This document shows positions 1 to 12,230 of a stretch of 64,000 bases of DNA, in pieces; the first letter of the stretch is position 1, and each line of letters opens with the position of its first letter. The translations under genes were made by a program, and so were the position numbers. The notes below the pieces were generated by a model, which was not told the DNA's origin, searched no databases, and saw only the letters and a list, made by a program, of their open reading frames with translations. Origin of the DNA: Takakia lepidozioides (taxonomy: Eukaryota > Plantae > Bryophyta); contig CM060734.1 of the NCBI GenBank assembly GCA_030704615.1, positions 32,240,001 to 32,304,000 on the forward strand, read 5' to 3'.

Positions 1-358
1 ATAATAGAGGTGAGGAGAAGCTTTGGGGTGAACACTTTCCGACCCCAATGGTGGGACAATAGAGACAAAAAGGCGAATGCCTGTTGGACTACAGAGAGAA
101 GCATATGCATTTCAGATTGTGATAAGTAGGGTTGGGGTGTTTTGGGGAAGAACTCCACACCAGTATGGTTGGGGTGTTTGCTGGTAGAATTGTAGGCTGT
201 CAGAGGCATGGATAGCTGAAGGAGCAGGGATAGAGTGTGGGTCCACATTCATCCAAGAGGGCTGGATTTCAAGCTCCACATTACCTATGATTCCCTGTGG
301 AAGGATAGGTACAAGAAACCTACATGGGTAGATGGTCAACTGGAAGCGGCATGCTGTA

Positions 359-1455
359 CTACATGTCATTACTGTACTATATGTCATTCCACAGACTGTC
401 ATTGTTGGTCCATGTGTTTTACAACAATGCTATCAATATAAGACTCCTGGTTCGCATTGGAAGCTCAATCCCTGCAAGTTCATTGTGTGTGAAGCTCAAA
501 CTTGCGATTTGAAGGATCTTGTAGCCAAGTTTATTCAACCGGAAAGGAGAAATTCTGAAAGCTCCAAATTTGATGTGGGCAAGCTTATGGAGGTAAGACT
601 TAGCTTCCCTCCTCTAATGTAAGTGTTGGATAAGTTTCATTTAGTGTCGACCTTCACTGCATATATTGGCTCTTTTCTTGGCTGGTATGCTGTTGGTTGG
701 CTTCTTTCATTTCACGTGTGTAGTGGAAGGGGAGAAGTACTTTCCTAAGTTCTGCTGCAACAATGTCTTTTTCCAGCCTAGATGTTTTCGATGGATACAA
801 ATTGAAGTGCTTTGAATGTTGCTGCAATACTATAATAAAGTGGAGGGTGCTGAATGCAGTTGGCCTTGCTTCGTGCAGGCATAATCCAGGGAAATGTGGA
901 CATAGCTGAAACCCCATGATAGCATTTCCAGAGGACGGTGTGGATGGCCTCACAATCCAGCATGCAAAATCCATGACAATGTGGAGCTGGCTGAATGGGC
1001 AAACAGGTTAAGTGGCGATCAAGCCACGTCACTGGTACATAGTTGCATGCTTACATAGTACATGAAAGCGTACTATATGTCATACCAAAATTGACCATGT
1101 TGGTCCATGTATTTTACAACAATGCTATCAATAAAAGACCAATGGTTCGCATTGGAAACTCTATCCCCGTAAGTGGCTTGTGCGTGATGCTCAAACTTGT
1201 GATTTGAAGGATCTTATACCCCAGTTCATTGCAGAGGTCATTGGACATTGAGAAGGCAACAGCCGTTATCTATAATCTACAGATCCCCTTCAATTTGATG
1301 TGGGAAAGCCGGTTGGCTGGAGGTCTAGTCTCACTTTCACTCATCTAATGTCAGTGTTGTATCCATTGCAATGTGGAGATGTTTGAAACAACATTGGAGC
1401 ATTTCCAGAGGATGGTCTGGAAGGCCTTTCGTGGCGTGTGCCGAATCCATGGCAA
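359..1455 (-). repeat. Two diverged duplicated modules, probably a degenerate repeated-domain ORF
   Basis: ~359-537 resembles ~1058-1230 (minus-strand NKLGYKILQIASLSFTHNELAGIELPMRT vs NELGYKILQITSLSITHKPLTGIEFPMRT). ~895-977 resembles ~1372-1455 (GHPHRPLEMLSWGFSYVHISLD vs GLPDHPLEMLQCCFKHLHIAMD). Confidence 0.6.
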
Positions 1456-1676
1456 GAAAACATTGCAAGTAGAACCCATGGCAATGGTACCAGCACGGGT
1501 TGGTCCAAAGCCAATTGCAACAACAAATGAATAAAGGGTGATGAAAGGAAAGCACTCCATAATTGATTATAAAATCCAGTGTCCAAGCATGATATCTTAA
1601 TGGGAATGCGAAGGGAGTGTTACCACCTTAAACTATCATGCATGGTCTATAACTGGAGTGCACAAATCGCGCATAT

Positions 1677-4447
1677 CTAATCTTCATCATCCTCATCTAT
1701 GTCTGGGTCACTACATGTATCACTGTCTTCATCACAGACTTCATCTTCTCCAAGGGTTGGCTGAACATCATCACCACGTATATGGGGTGCTCGGAGGTAC
1801 AAGGAGGCCACCTGCTCTGGAGTAACCGGTACCGCTCGGCTGCATGTTGGGCCATCAGTAACCACAGTCTCCTCTAGTCTTTGTGGGGCTAACGATCCTT
1901 CCACTTCCGCCACATCATCATTATCAATTGATATGTCGCAGACCACTCTACGTGCTCGGGGGCTCTTCTCCAAGACGACACCCCGGCTCCTTCACACAAT
2001 CAGAAAAAAACACTTGATCAACCTGGCCAGGAAACACAAAAGGTTGCTCAGAAGATAGAAGCATACGGTTAAAATTGACAAGTGTGAAGCCAGCATCATC
2101 CTGCTTCATTGACATAGGTTGACGACCCACGCGACTCGCCCGTACCCATGAACACAAAAACACTATAGGCTATGTTTGGCCATAGTCAATTTGCAAAATC
2201 TCCCTTATAAGACCCACATATCTTGTAGGTTCCTCCATGTCATTGCCTGAATTGTTGGTAATGGGCTAGTGCTGGAAAACAGATGAGACTCCACAATCAA
2301 AAGACACCATACTTGTTGTGTTCATGCCGGGGGATGTAACCCTGTAATGGTTACCATACGCTGTCATACTCTTGAATGACAGGGCAGTAAATGATGGAGG
2401 CCTTGAAAGATCCAGTAATTCCTCACGTGTTGTAGGATCAAGCCCATCTGATTGAATTGAGAGATGATCCCGTACACCTTGAGGGAGCCAAACAGCAAAT
2501 GGAGGACAAGGATGCAAATCAGGAGGGTACTGAATTGCCGTGGGATTGCTCATGCCTTCCAGCCCTTGCTCCTCACGAAACAAGCGTCGTCTGGCTTCTA
2601 TCCGTGTGGACTCTGCTTCATATATCCTGTCACAATCCGAGGGTCAGCCAGGAGATTGACAGAGGTGGCGTGGGAGATTTGAAAAGACGCCATATGCCAA
2701 CTAATGATAAATGACTAAAACTTGGAAATCTGAATGTCAATGAAGTAGATTTCTTACCCCAACATGACTGATAGACGAGGATGGTTCTGAATGATGTACT
2801 CATGTACAATATCACACAGGTCATTCAATTTTCGGGCTTTAGAACTTCCTTCCACAACTTCACGTTCCACAGATTCTGCCTCATCTGCATCCCACACCCT
2901 TCGTACACTTCCATCAAATCCTGCCATATACTCTGTGCAAAAACCCAATGCTTCTTCAAATTGGTATCCTTCTGCCATGCTCCCCTCGGGCCTTGCCATG
3001 TTTCTTACGTAGCCCTTCATATCTTTCATTGCCCGCTCCATGGGGTACATGCTTTTTGAAAGCTGATGCGTAGCCTGTTGGCACTTTCAAGTTCTGCACA
3101 ATCTCCAGAAAGACTTGTAACTCAGCCTCAGTGAGGACATAAGGGGCAGGAGGCATAATTAACGTATCTGCTCTGTCAGGATCACGTTGTAGCCACAATT
3201 CCGGGCGCATCCCAAGTAGCTCCAAATCACGGCGAACTTTCAATGTGTCTTTCTCACCAAAGATAGTTTTAATAATATTTTCAGCCAAGTTCTTCTCGCA
3301 ATGCATTGCGTCAAACGTGTGGCAGATGAGGAGACCCTACAAAATGAACACATAAGCAATTGAGCATTTACTCATCACAATTTAAACAGAAAACGCAAAA
3401 ATGTACACAGCCAATTTAAAGGCCATGAAGGAATTACCTCCCAATAAGGTAAGACATATAAAATTGACAATCGTTTAACTCCATGAGTTTTTGCTGGGTC
3501 TGTCCTGCTATCTGGCGTCCCTCCGTTTTCCACCCGTGCAGTGCGAGCTGTTGCAAGGTCCTTGATTTGTGTTCCAGTCTGCGTTTTTGGAGGAGTTCCA
3601 TGCTCAGTAGTGCCATTGAACATTCTTGACCTTCTATATGGATGATTGCGGGCCAAAAATCTTTGGTGGCCTATAAAAAAACAATATTTCCACATGTGTG
3701 TAACTGCTGTGAAGTCACCCCGAGTCCACAAGCTGGACAACCAGCATAACCTTTCGTCACTTGACCTGAGAGCAAGCCATATGCAGGGTAGTCATGGATT
3801 GACCACATCAACACTGCCCTCAGTGTGAATTCGCGTTGACCACGAGGACGAGAAACATCATGAGCTGCAATCCCTCTCCATAGTTCCAATAGCTCTTCCA
3901 CTAGGGGCATCAGGTAAATACCTACGTTGTCCGAGGTAACAGACTCCTTACCATGAATCAGTAGCGCTAACATGACAAAGATGTCATGAACTTTTTGGTC
4001 ATTAACAACGGAGGCAGATTGTAATTGACCAAGAGAACGGGCCATGTGCTCCAACTTGTGGATTGAGCTCCATAGGGATTTACACCGTCTAAGGCCAATC
4101 CAAATCGCAGAGATCATGGCTTTGCAGCAAAATCCGCAAATGTGGTGTCAATGTGTCTCCATGCTTTGCTATCAGCTGGATGTCGAACCAACCCATTCTA
4201 GCTCTTATGTCTGTTGTGCCATGTCATGAGGTTAATGATTGATTTACATCGGTACATACGTTTCAACCTTGGAATGACAGGGAAGTGTCGCAATATTTTC
4301 TTGGGCACACTTCCACGACCTGGAACGTAACGGGAACTGCGGCACACTGGGCAAATGTCTACATTCTCATACTCCCCACGGAAGAGTACACAACCACGCT
4401 CACAGGCATGAATCATCGTGTACTGCAATCCCATCTTGGCAATCATG
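1677..4447 (-). pseudogene. CACTA Tnp2/TnpD transposase, C-terminal portion (Transposase_21, DUF4218, DUF4216); disrupted
   Basis: Motifs IHACERGCVLFR, ILRHFPVIPRLKRMY, LALDGVNPY...STWPVLLVNYNLPP, WSIHDYPAYGLLSG, MHCEKNLAE, MYPMER...PEGSMAEGY, EQPFVFPGQVDQVFF. Frameshifts, stops and an apparent internal deletion near 3050. Confidence 0.93.
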
Positions 4448-4774
4448 TGTCAAGTTATTTTACCACTAGTGTGAAACTAGCTAGGAAATAGCTAGCTTTT
4501 ACATATTGACATTTGGGATTGGCCCAAGTGTCAATCCAGGGGTCAAGGCAGATTTAGGCCCTGGAGTGGTTATCTTCACGGCAAGCGCGGGAGGCTCATC
4601 TTTCTCGAGTTGAGCCTCACCGCGCCTAGCTATGGCGCCGTAGTGTGGATTCCCCATGGCGTGGGGTGCACTTGGCTTGACTTGTATTTGAGTGATGAGG
4701 TCATATATGCATGAGTTTATGCTTCAGCTTTGTGAGCTCGCATGAGCTTGTGCTTGTATTCTTCTTCTTTATCA
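4448..4774 (+). repeat. Terminal repeat segment B (327 bp, TGTCA...ATCA), 5' end of the retroelement
   Basis: Reverse complement of 13495-13821; I count 2 transition mismatches. Confidence 0.95.
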
Positions 4775-4786
4775 CTCGAGAAAGAT
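4774..4786 (+). promoter_or_regulatory. Candidate self-priming primer-binding site
   Basis: ACTCGAGAAAGAT at the end of repeat B is the exact reverse complement of ATCTTTCTCGAGT at 4598-4610 inside B. No TGG-type tRNA PBS is present. Confidence 0.7.
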
Positions 4787-5489
4787 CAGCTCGTATCTAT
4801 GAGTGCTAGATACGAGTTAGTTGTAGCACTTGTGGTTTTTGCTTGAGAATGAGAGAAACCAAGTTGTTATGCAAGGAGCACCGTGGAGCTCTTGGTTGTT
4901 AGAAGCGGAGGCGATGTGGGTTACGAGGTGGTAAACCTTGGCATTCGATCTTCAGCTTCAGAGATGAAAGCACCATACTCCAGGTAATTCCAGAGCACCT
5001 TGATGGTTTCAGATTGTGTACATGCATGAGCAAGCACGATTGGGAAGAGGACCAGTCAAGAGCAGGTTATAGTGGCTTTGGTGGCAAAGCTGAGAACTGG
5101 ACTTGGGAATGCGAGCTTTCATTGTGTGAAGGATTGCAAAACCAAGCGAAAGGGCTGATTTGGCTTGGGGCAAATCAGTGCACTTTGTGGAGTATGGTGA
5201 GATTGGGTTTCAATCTCGAGCTTCAGCATTGAGAGGGCTCTTGTCATGGCGAGAGCAGGGCTGGAACAGGAGCTAAGAGGTGCGGCAAGGCCATGGAATG
5301 TGCACCTAGGGTTTCAGAGCTTGGAAGAAGAGTTCTTGCACCACAAGAGAAGTGTCTTGTGGCTGGAAATGTAAGCCTTAGGGTTTCAGGAGCTTGGCAA
5401 AGGCTGTGGAGTGCTTAGTCTTGTCTTAGAGAGCATCAAGGAACCAAGGAGCCAAGATAGGGGGCTGATATCTCTTGTGTGAAGAGGTT

Positions 5490-5800
5490 GCATGTGTGGA
5501 GCATGTATTCAGCTCATTAAAGCTTCCAACTTCAAGCTTGGAGGGCAAGCAAGGAAGAGGGAAGGGCTGACTTGAGGGCAATGCATGTGTGGAGCATGCT
5601 ATCAGCCTGGTGAAGGCTTGCACTTTCAGGTGTGGGAGTGCAAGAAAGGAAGGAACGGGCTGGTTTCCCTGTAGGGCATGTGGAGCATGCTTTCAGCCTG
5701 CTGAAGCTTGTATTTTCGAGTTTGTGGGTGCAAGAAATGAAGCAAAGGAGCTGATTCTCTTATGGTGAGAGTGGGGCATGTGTGGAGCATGCCTTCAGCC
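5490..5800 (+). repeat. Four ~95-bp-period degenerate repeats in the retroelement leader
   Basis: GCATGTG(TG)GAGCATG...TCAGC recurs at ~5490, 5583, 5676 and 5776. Confidence 0.75.
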
Positions 5801-6271
5801 CATTGAGGCTCTTGTTTTCAAGCTTTAGAGAGCTAGAACGGAAGGTCTAGGGCTGGTTTCCACTTGGAGTGAAAGAAAAGCACTTGTAGGGCCTATGTGA
5901 GTTGGGGTTTCAACTTCAAGCTTGAAGGGAGCGCAACTCTTGAAGCAGCAGGTGTAGGGGGCCTTGTGAGAGTGCTTGAATGAGTGCTCACAAGGGCTGG
6001 GAACCAGCAGGGCTTGGTTGTTTGCCATTGAGTTTAGTGGCGTGTTTGGGGAGGCTAAGTGAGAAAGAAGGCTTGGTTTGTGGCAACCACCTCATGGCTT
6101 AGGGCTACTATGGTGGTGTGTGGGAGCCGAAAGAGCAAGAATACCTTGCTGATTTCCTCACAGCCGCCATAGCTCGGTGGAAAGAAGCCTAGAGTCCAAG
6201 AGACACAAACCCTAGCTTGGCGTGGCTAAACCCCTTGGAGAAATGGCTAAACTGCCAGAGCGGCCATGGAT

Positions 6272-7900
6272 GGGGCTGTGACGGGCTGTGCCCATGGCCT
6301 TTGGGGCTGTGATGGGTTGTGACAGGCCGTGCCTGAGGCCTTTGAGGCTGTGAGGGGCTGTGAGGGGCTGTGATGGGCTGTGCCCATGGCCTTTGGGCTG
6401 TGATGGGCTGTGAGGGGCTGTGACAGGCCGTGCCTGAGGCCTTTGAGGCTGTGAGGGCTGTGAGGGCTGTGATCAGGCCATGCCTGAGGCCTTTGGGCTG
6501 TGCGGGCTGTGAGGGGCTGTATCAGGCCGTGCCTGAGGCCTGTGGGGCTGTGAGGGGCTGTGACAGGCTGTGCCCGTGGCCTTTGGGGGCTGTGAGGGGC
6601 TGTGACAGGCTGTGCCAGTGGCCTGTGGGGCTGTGACGGCTGTGCGGGGCTGTGACAGGCTGTGCCCATGGCCTTTGGGGCTGTGATGGGCTGTGAGGGG
6701 CTGTGACAGGCTGTGACAGGCCGTGCCTAGGCCTTTGCGGCTGTGACGGGCTGTGAGGGCTGTGACACAGGCCGTGCCCATGGCCTTTGGGGCTGTGTGG
6801 GCTGTGAGGGGTTGTGACAGGCTGTGCCCCTGCCCTTTGGAGCTGTGAGCGGCTTGTGACAGGCTGTCCCAGTGGCCTGAGGGGCTGTGAGGGGCTGTGA
6901 GGGGCTGTGACAGGCCATGCCTGAGGCCTTTGGGGCTGTGACGGGCTGTGAGGGGCTGTGTCAGGCCGTGCCTGAGCCTGTGGGGCTGTGACGGGCTATG
7001 AGGGGCTGTGGACAGGCTGTGCCCGGTGCCTTTGGGCTGTGAGGGGCTGTGACAGGCTGTGCCCAGTGGCCTGTGGGGCTGTGACGGGCTGTGCGGGGCT
7101 GTGATAGGCTGTGCCCATGGCCTTGGGGCTGTGATGGGCTGGGGGCGTGACAGGCCGTGCCTGAGGCCTTTGAGGCTGTGATGGGCTGTGAGGGGCTGTG
7201 CCCATGGCCTTGGGGCTGTGACGGGCTGTGAGGGGCTGTGACAGGCTGTGCCCGTGCCCTTTTGGAGCTGTGAGGGGCTGTGACAGGCTGTGCCCAGTGG
7301 CCTTTTGGGCTGTGACGGGCTGTGCGGGGCTGTGACAGGCTGTGCCCAGTGGCCTGTGGGGCTGTGATGGGCTGTGCGGGGCTGTGACAGGCTGTGCCCA
7401 TGGCCTTTGGGGCTGTGAGGGGCTGTGAGGGGCTGTACATAGGCCCTGTGCCTGAGGCCTTTGGGCTGTGATGGGCTGTGAGGGGCTGTCCCTGCCGTGC
7501 CTGAGGCCTTGTGAGGCTGTGACGGGCTGTGACGGGCTGTGCCCATGGCCTTTGGGGCTGTGAGGGGCTGTGAGGGGCTGTGACAGGCCGTGCCTGAGGC
7601 CTTTGAGGCTGTGACGGGCTGTGAGGGGCTGTGAGAGGCCGTGCCTGAGGCCTTTGGGGCTGTGACGGGCTATGAGGGGCTGTGTCAGGCCGTGCTTGAG
7701 GCCTTTGGGGCTGTGAGGGGCTGTGAGGGGCTGTGACAGGCCGTGCCTGAGGCCTTTGAGGCTGTGAGGGGCTGTGACAGGCCGTGCCTGAGGCCTTTGG
7801 GGCTGTGACGGGCTGTGTCAGGCCGTGCTTGAGGCCTTTGGGGCTGTGAGGGGCTGTGACAGGCTGTGCCCAGTGGCCTGTGGGACTGTGACAGCTGTGA
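6272..7900 (+). repeat. ~1.6-kb G-rich minisatellite (GGGCTGTGA core, 10-bp period) in the retroelement leader
   Basis: Dozens of [G/C/T]GGGCTGTGA units interleaved with CAGGCCGTGCCTGAGGCCTTTG or CAGGCTGTGCCCATGGCCTTTG. Confidence 0.97.
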
Positions 7901-8637
7901 CCAGTGAGCTGTGTGGGCCTGTGCTGGTCTGTGGTGGCCCGTGTTGACCTGTGGACGGCCTGTGCTGACTCGTGGAGGCACTGGTGGACTGCCTAAGGAC
8001 TGGCATGTGGTCTGGAAGGCCGAATTTTGAAGCTCGTGGAGGGCGGTTTGAGGAGTATCTTCATGATATTCCCATGGTCATGCAAGTGAGGGAAGAGAGG
8101 AGAGGAAGAGTGTTGGGATGAGGGCATGCTGGGGTTAGGCATTGCTTTAGCTTCTCTTCCTCGTAGTTTCCACCCTCTCATTAGGCCAAGACCTTTCCGT
8201 AGGTGGAGGCAAGAGTCAGTCCGGGTTTGGGCTGGGGTGTCCTTGCAGGAGCAACACCGTAGAGTTGTTTTTGGTGTGGGGAGTTGTCGTTCTGATTTCT
8301 TGTGTTTGGATCCCCTCCATACCTGCATGCTTGACTGTGCGCCATGCTAGTTTTGTTTGGGCGCTTGTTTTTATAGGTGATTGGTCCGGATTTGATCACC
8401 GGCCAGTCCTAGAGCATGCTGTCGATGGTGAGGCTGGGGTGATGACCAGCCAGACCATCATTGTTTCTCCTGTGGTGAGGTTGGAGGTGATGACCAGCCA
8501 ACCATAGGAGTGCTTGCGGTGGATGCAGGTACAGGTGTAGGCTATGTTAGGAACTTAGTATTCCAAACCATAAGCCGCAACAGGTTCTCTACCCGGTTAC
8601 CTTGTGGAGAGGGGGTTAGGGACATGTTCATGACCGG

Positions 8638-10806
8638 TTGAGTGTCAACACGGAGGTGCCACTAGTTGCTGGGGACATTGCCGGTTCGAGCACTAGCGAT
8701 ACTAGTGGGTACACGAGACGAGGTGTGCGGTTTAGGCCACCTTCATCTCTTGTGTCTTCCACGGAAGGTTCTGATTCGGATTGTGAATCAAGAGGACTCA
8801 TACCGGTGGTGCAAGTTGTTTCTTTGCCATTGTTGTGGGACACAATGGAGGAGATGTATGGAGCTACCAAGGGGCCACGAAGGTACTCTGGGGCGGTGGG
8901 CATCATCGAGTTGGATGATTTTATCCAAGAGTTTGATAGTTGGTGTGATTTGCAGCAAATGCGCAATCCACAACTATTTACGCCTTTCATGGCATGGAAG
9001 GGGCTATTTCAGCACCTTGAGGGGCCGCCTATGGATGATTATCATGAGTTCAGGCGGGGGCATGAGGTTGAGATCGAGGAGTGGAGGATGTACTAGTCAC
9101 CCGACTATGTCTCCATCACTAGGGGCACTAGAGCCACGAGGGCAGTGGCTACACCTGCCGCTGCACCGGCAGGTTCAGCAAGTAGTAGAGGGACAAGTGG
9201 GACTGGTGGTACAGTAGCTACGACGTCCACCCAAGCCACTACCGCACCAGCACTAGTACTCGTGCCTGCCTTCAACCCTGTTGTGGAGTTCTTCGAAGAG
9301 TGAGAGGGAACTACCAAGGGGTGAGGACAAAGAAGTTGCGGAGCTTGCAAGAGTTCCAACGGAAGCCGACCGAGAGCTTGAGGGAGGCTTTCACTCGCAT
9401 GAGGCGCTTGATAAATGTAACCCAAGGGGTTACGGAAGCTCAGGTAGTCCAATTCTGGTATGGGATATTGGACAAGGAGCTGAGGAGAAGGGTGCGGGAT
9501 GCAACTCTCCTACAAGCGGCCCAACCCACCTTAGCAAATGTGTTTTTGCTGGCAGAGCGGATAGAGCTCAACATGGTGGAGGAATGCGTGGTCATGGTGG
9601 GATTTGCTAAGGAGACACCACGGGTAGTGGTGCTCTAGCCAACCACTACCTCAACGTGCTCAAGGCAACAAGGGGGCTCAGGTGAAGCTCAGGGAAGGGC
9701 AGAGAGGACCTCAGATGCAGGGGTCTCTCCCTTCATTTGCTGGCCAACAACGGGCGGATGTGGTGTGCTGGACATGTGGAGGACCCATATCAAGAAGGAT
9801 TGCCCAGAGGGAGGCAAAGGGTCGGCACATGCACAGCCTGCACAGTTGCAGTGTGGGCATTGTGGCAAGCACGGGCATGGAGAGGCCCAGTGTTATGGTT
9901 TGCATCCTGAGTTGCGCCCAGGCCAGTTCCAAGGGAACAATGGTGGCCGGGGGCGAGGTGGAGCAGCCCAGAGAGGACGAGGTGGCCAGCCACGAGGTGC
10001 AGGCCAAGGGCAAGCTCAACGTGGCCAAGGACGCGGAGGTCAGGGTGTTGACCAAGGCATGGCCAACTGGCTTCAGCAGCTAGAGTAGAGGCTCGCTGCC
10101 ATGGCTACAGCTCAGGTGGTACCGGCTCTAAGGCCGGATGGTCCACCTCCTGCTCCTGAGGAGGAGATATGGGAGGCATGGGATTCATGTGTGGAGCAGC
10201 ACTACCACTAGTGCAGGTGGAGTCTGCTGCAACCGTGACTCGAGGAGCAGCACGAGTTCCTGAGCCACGAGGTGCAAAGGTGGAGTTGGATCCACAGCGT
10301 GGGGAGGCAAGCCGTCAGGCTAGGCTTCCTCAGTCATTCACATTGGCAGAGACAGTGTCGACGCCATCCATGGCACCTAGTTCTCGCCCGACGGTTACCG
10401 AGGCAGAGGTTACTATGCCATTGGGGAGAGCTACACGGGTAGCACCACTACCTAGTGTTGCCAAGGCTACGGCTGCTAGTGTGCTGCTAGGAGCGGCCAC
10501 ATCTGTGTGTCAGGCTCCATTGTTCTCGGCTACCATGATTGCGACGCCAGGGGTAAAACCAGCTGAGGTGTTCACGCTGGCAGCTACACTCTGTGAGAGT
10601 GGGGAGGTTACTTCATCTTCTGCGGAGATAGTGGGAGGTGTAGTGCTGGAGGGATCCTCGGATTTGAGGGTCAAGACTGCTACGGCAGCGCCATGGCAAG
10701 CTGCAGCTGCCAGGTTGATGGAGCTGCCAGCTAGGCCAGCCATTGAGCGCGCCATGGTGACACCTGGAGTTATCATGTTAGACAACCAGGATGGCATTCC
10801 CCCAGT
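8638..10806 (+). pseudogene. Ty3/gypsy gag with two zinc knuckles and following linker; stops and frameshifts
   Basis: YSGAVGIIELDDFIQEFDSWC, LQEFQRKPTESLREAFTRMRRL, CWTCGG.HIKKDC, CGHCGKHGHGEAQC, RGRGG-rich tract. No aspartic protease motif was found before the breakpoint. Confidence 0.9.
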
Positions 10807-11350
10807 ACAATGTGGGTGATTACACATACATATAGACAGCAAGCAGCAAATCCTTGAATTCAGGCAAAACAAACTGGAAGCACATATCATTTGTAAAGAC
10901 AAGATTACCCAAAACTTAGTATGATCTTGGGCAGTAAATCTCCCAAAATTGATTGGCCCCAATGATGTCCTCCCAGTACATTTTTGAGCCCTCTTAGGTA
11001 TGGGGTGTTCCTGAAATCCATAGCAAGAATTCAAATGGACAAACCTGATGGGTCCATGAGAAGTATCCCTCCAAGTTTTACTGATATTCTGGGTGTATAA
11101 GTAACCCAAGTATCTCTATAAGTAGCCATTGTAGCTTAGTACCAGGACGTTGGTTTCATGGGGCAAAGAATTTGAACACACCTGAAGTCTACATTGGCCT
11201 GACATCATGCCTTTGGCACTTCAACTTGTCTAGTGGAAATCATTTGTGATTGTGCCTTGGCTGACCCCTGCATTGTCCAACTTCCCTGTCTGACAGACAT
11301 ACCCTATCTCTTCGTGATTTTACCAAAAACATACATAATTAGAATCATGG

Positions 11351-11743
11351 TCATTGTGAAGAACTATAACTCACAGACGGAGAAGGTGTTCGTAGTGTAG
11401 ATGATGGGCGTTTTTGTCCTGCGACATGAGCATGGGCATGTTCTCCTCGGCTTGCCGTGGCATCCGCCGACGACGCACTCGCCTCGCACTGGCGTGGGAG
11501 GAGTGGATCGTCCTCATCGTCCTCAGAAGAGCCCTCATGCAGAATCGTAGTCTTCATCGTCTTCAGTCTGGCACTTTGCCTTGCAGGACCTTGATCCCTA
11601 CCTTTTTCCTTCGGAGCGCGTGGCTTGCGAGGGCGATTCGCTCCCGCAAGCCTGCACAAACACCTCCATGACCTCCCTCTCAAACAATCACAAACAAATG
11701 TAAGCATACATACCCTAATACTCTTAAGCCTACGCTGAACCAC
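11351..11743 (-). pseudogene. Putative 5' exon region of the CACTA TnpA-like gene, displaced by the inversion
   Basis: Low-complexity basic/acidic ORF (RQSARLK...SSEDDEDD), head-to-head with the Tnp2 start. It becomes co-directional with 17389-20457 once the inversion is undone. Confidence 0.4.
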
Positions 11744-12230
11744 AGCCGCACCCTACCAGGATGTAATGCCTGCCCACGAATGACGGCGGACATCTCCCGC
11801 CTAATGACACACCGTCCTCAAACCTAATCGTCACTCACTGCATGTTGTTTGCCTCTCTGTTTGTACAAGTCGCAGCTACTCGCCCCCATTTGTGCTATGA
11901 AGCTTATGATCGCTGTAGGAAGATTAGAAGATAAGGCAAATCGCAAGTTTAGTAGGTGGGTATCCAAAGTCAGGAACTAAACTCACCCATCTATCGACTG
12001 CTTGAACGTTGCTTCCACCTCCTTTATGGCAACAATCCGGCGCTCTCGGAACTTCTCGTACTCAGTGAGAGGGACTGTCACTTCGAAGACCTTCCGCTTC
12101 ACCATGGACACTCAGAAACGATACTTATAGTATACTATAGATATAGAATTAGCACATTGGCAGCTGGTGCAAAACTAGAGACAATGCACTGTGCGTAGCA
12201 TGCAAAGAGGGAAGGGGTGACGTTCAAAGC

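Noticed and set aside
6272-7900. CRISPR-like repeat/spacer appearance
   Set aside because: No unique spacers, no cas genes, eukaryotic context.
6247-8006. Long Pro/His/Ser/Thr-rich ORFs up to 357 aa
   Set aside because: By-products of a stop-poor minisatellite; open in several frames at once.
10510-11109. 199-aa - strand ORF
   Set aside because: Spans the inversion breakpoint; a chimera of antisense retroelement sequence and CACTA sequence.
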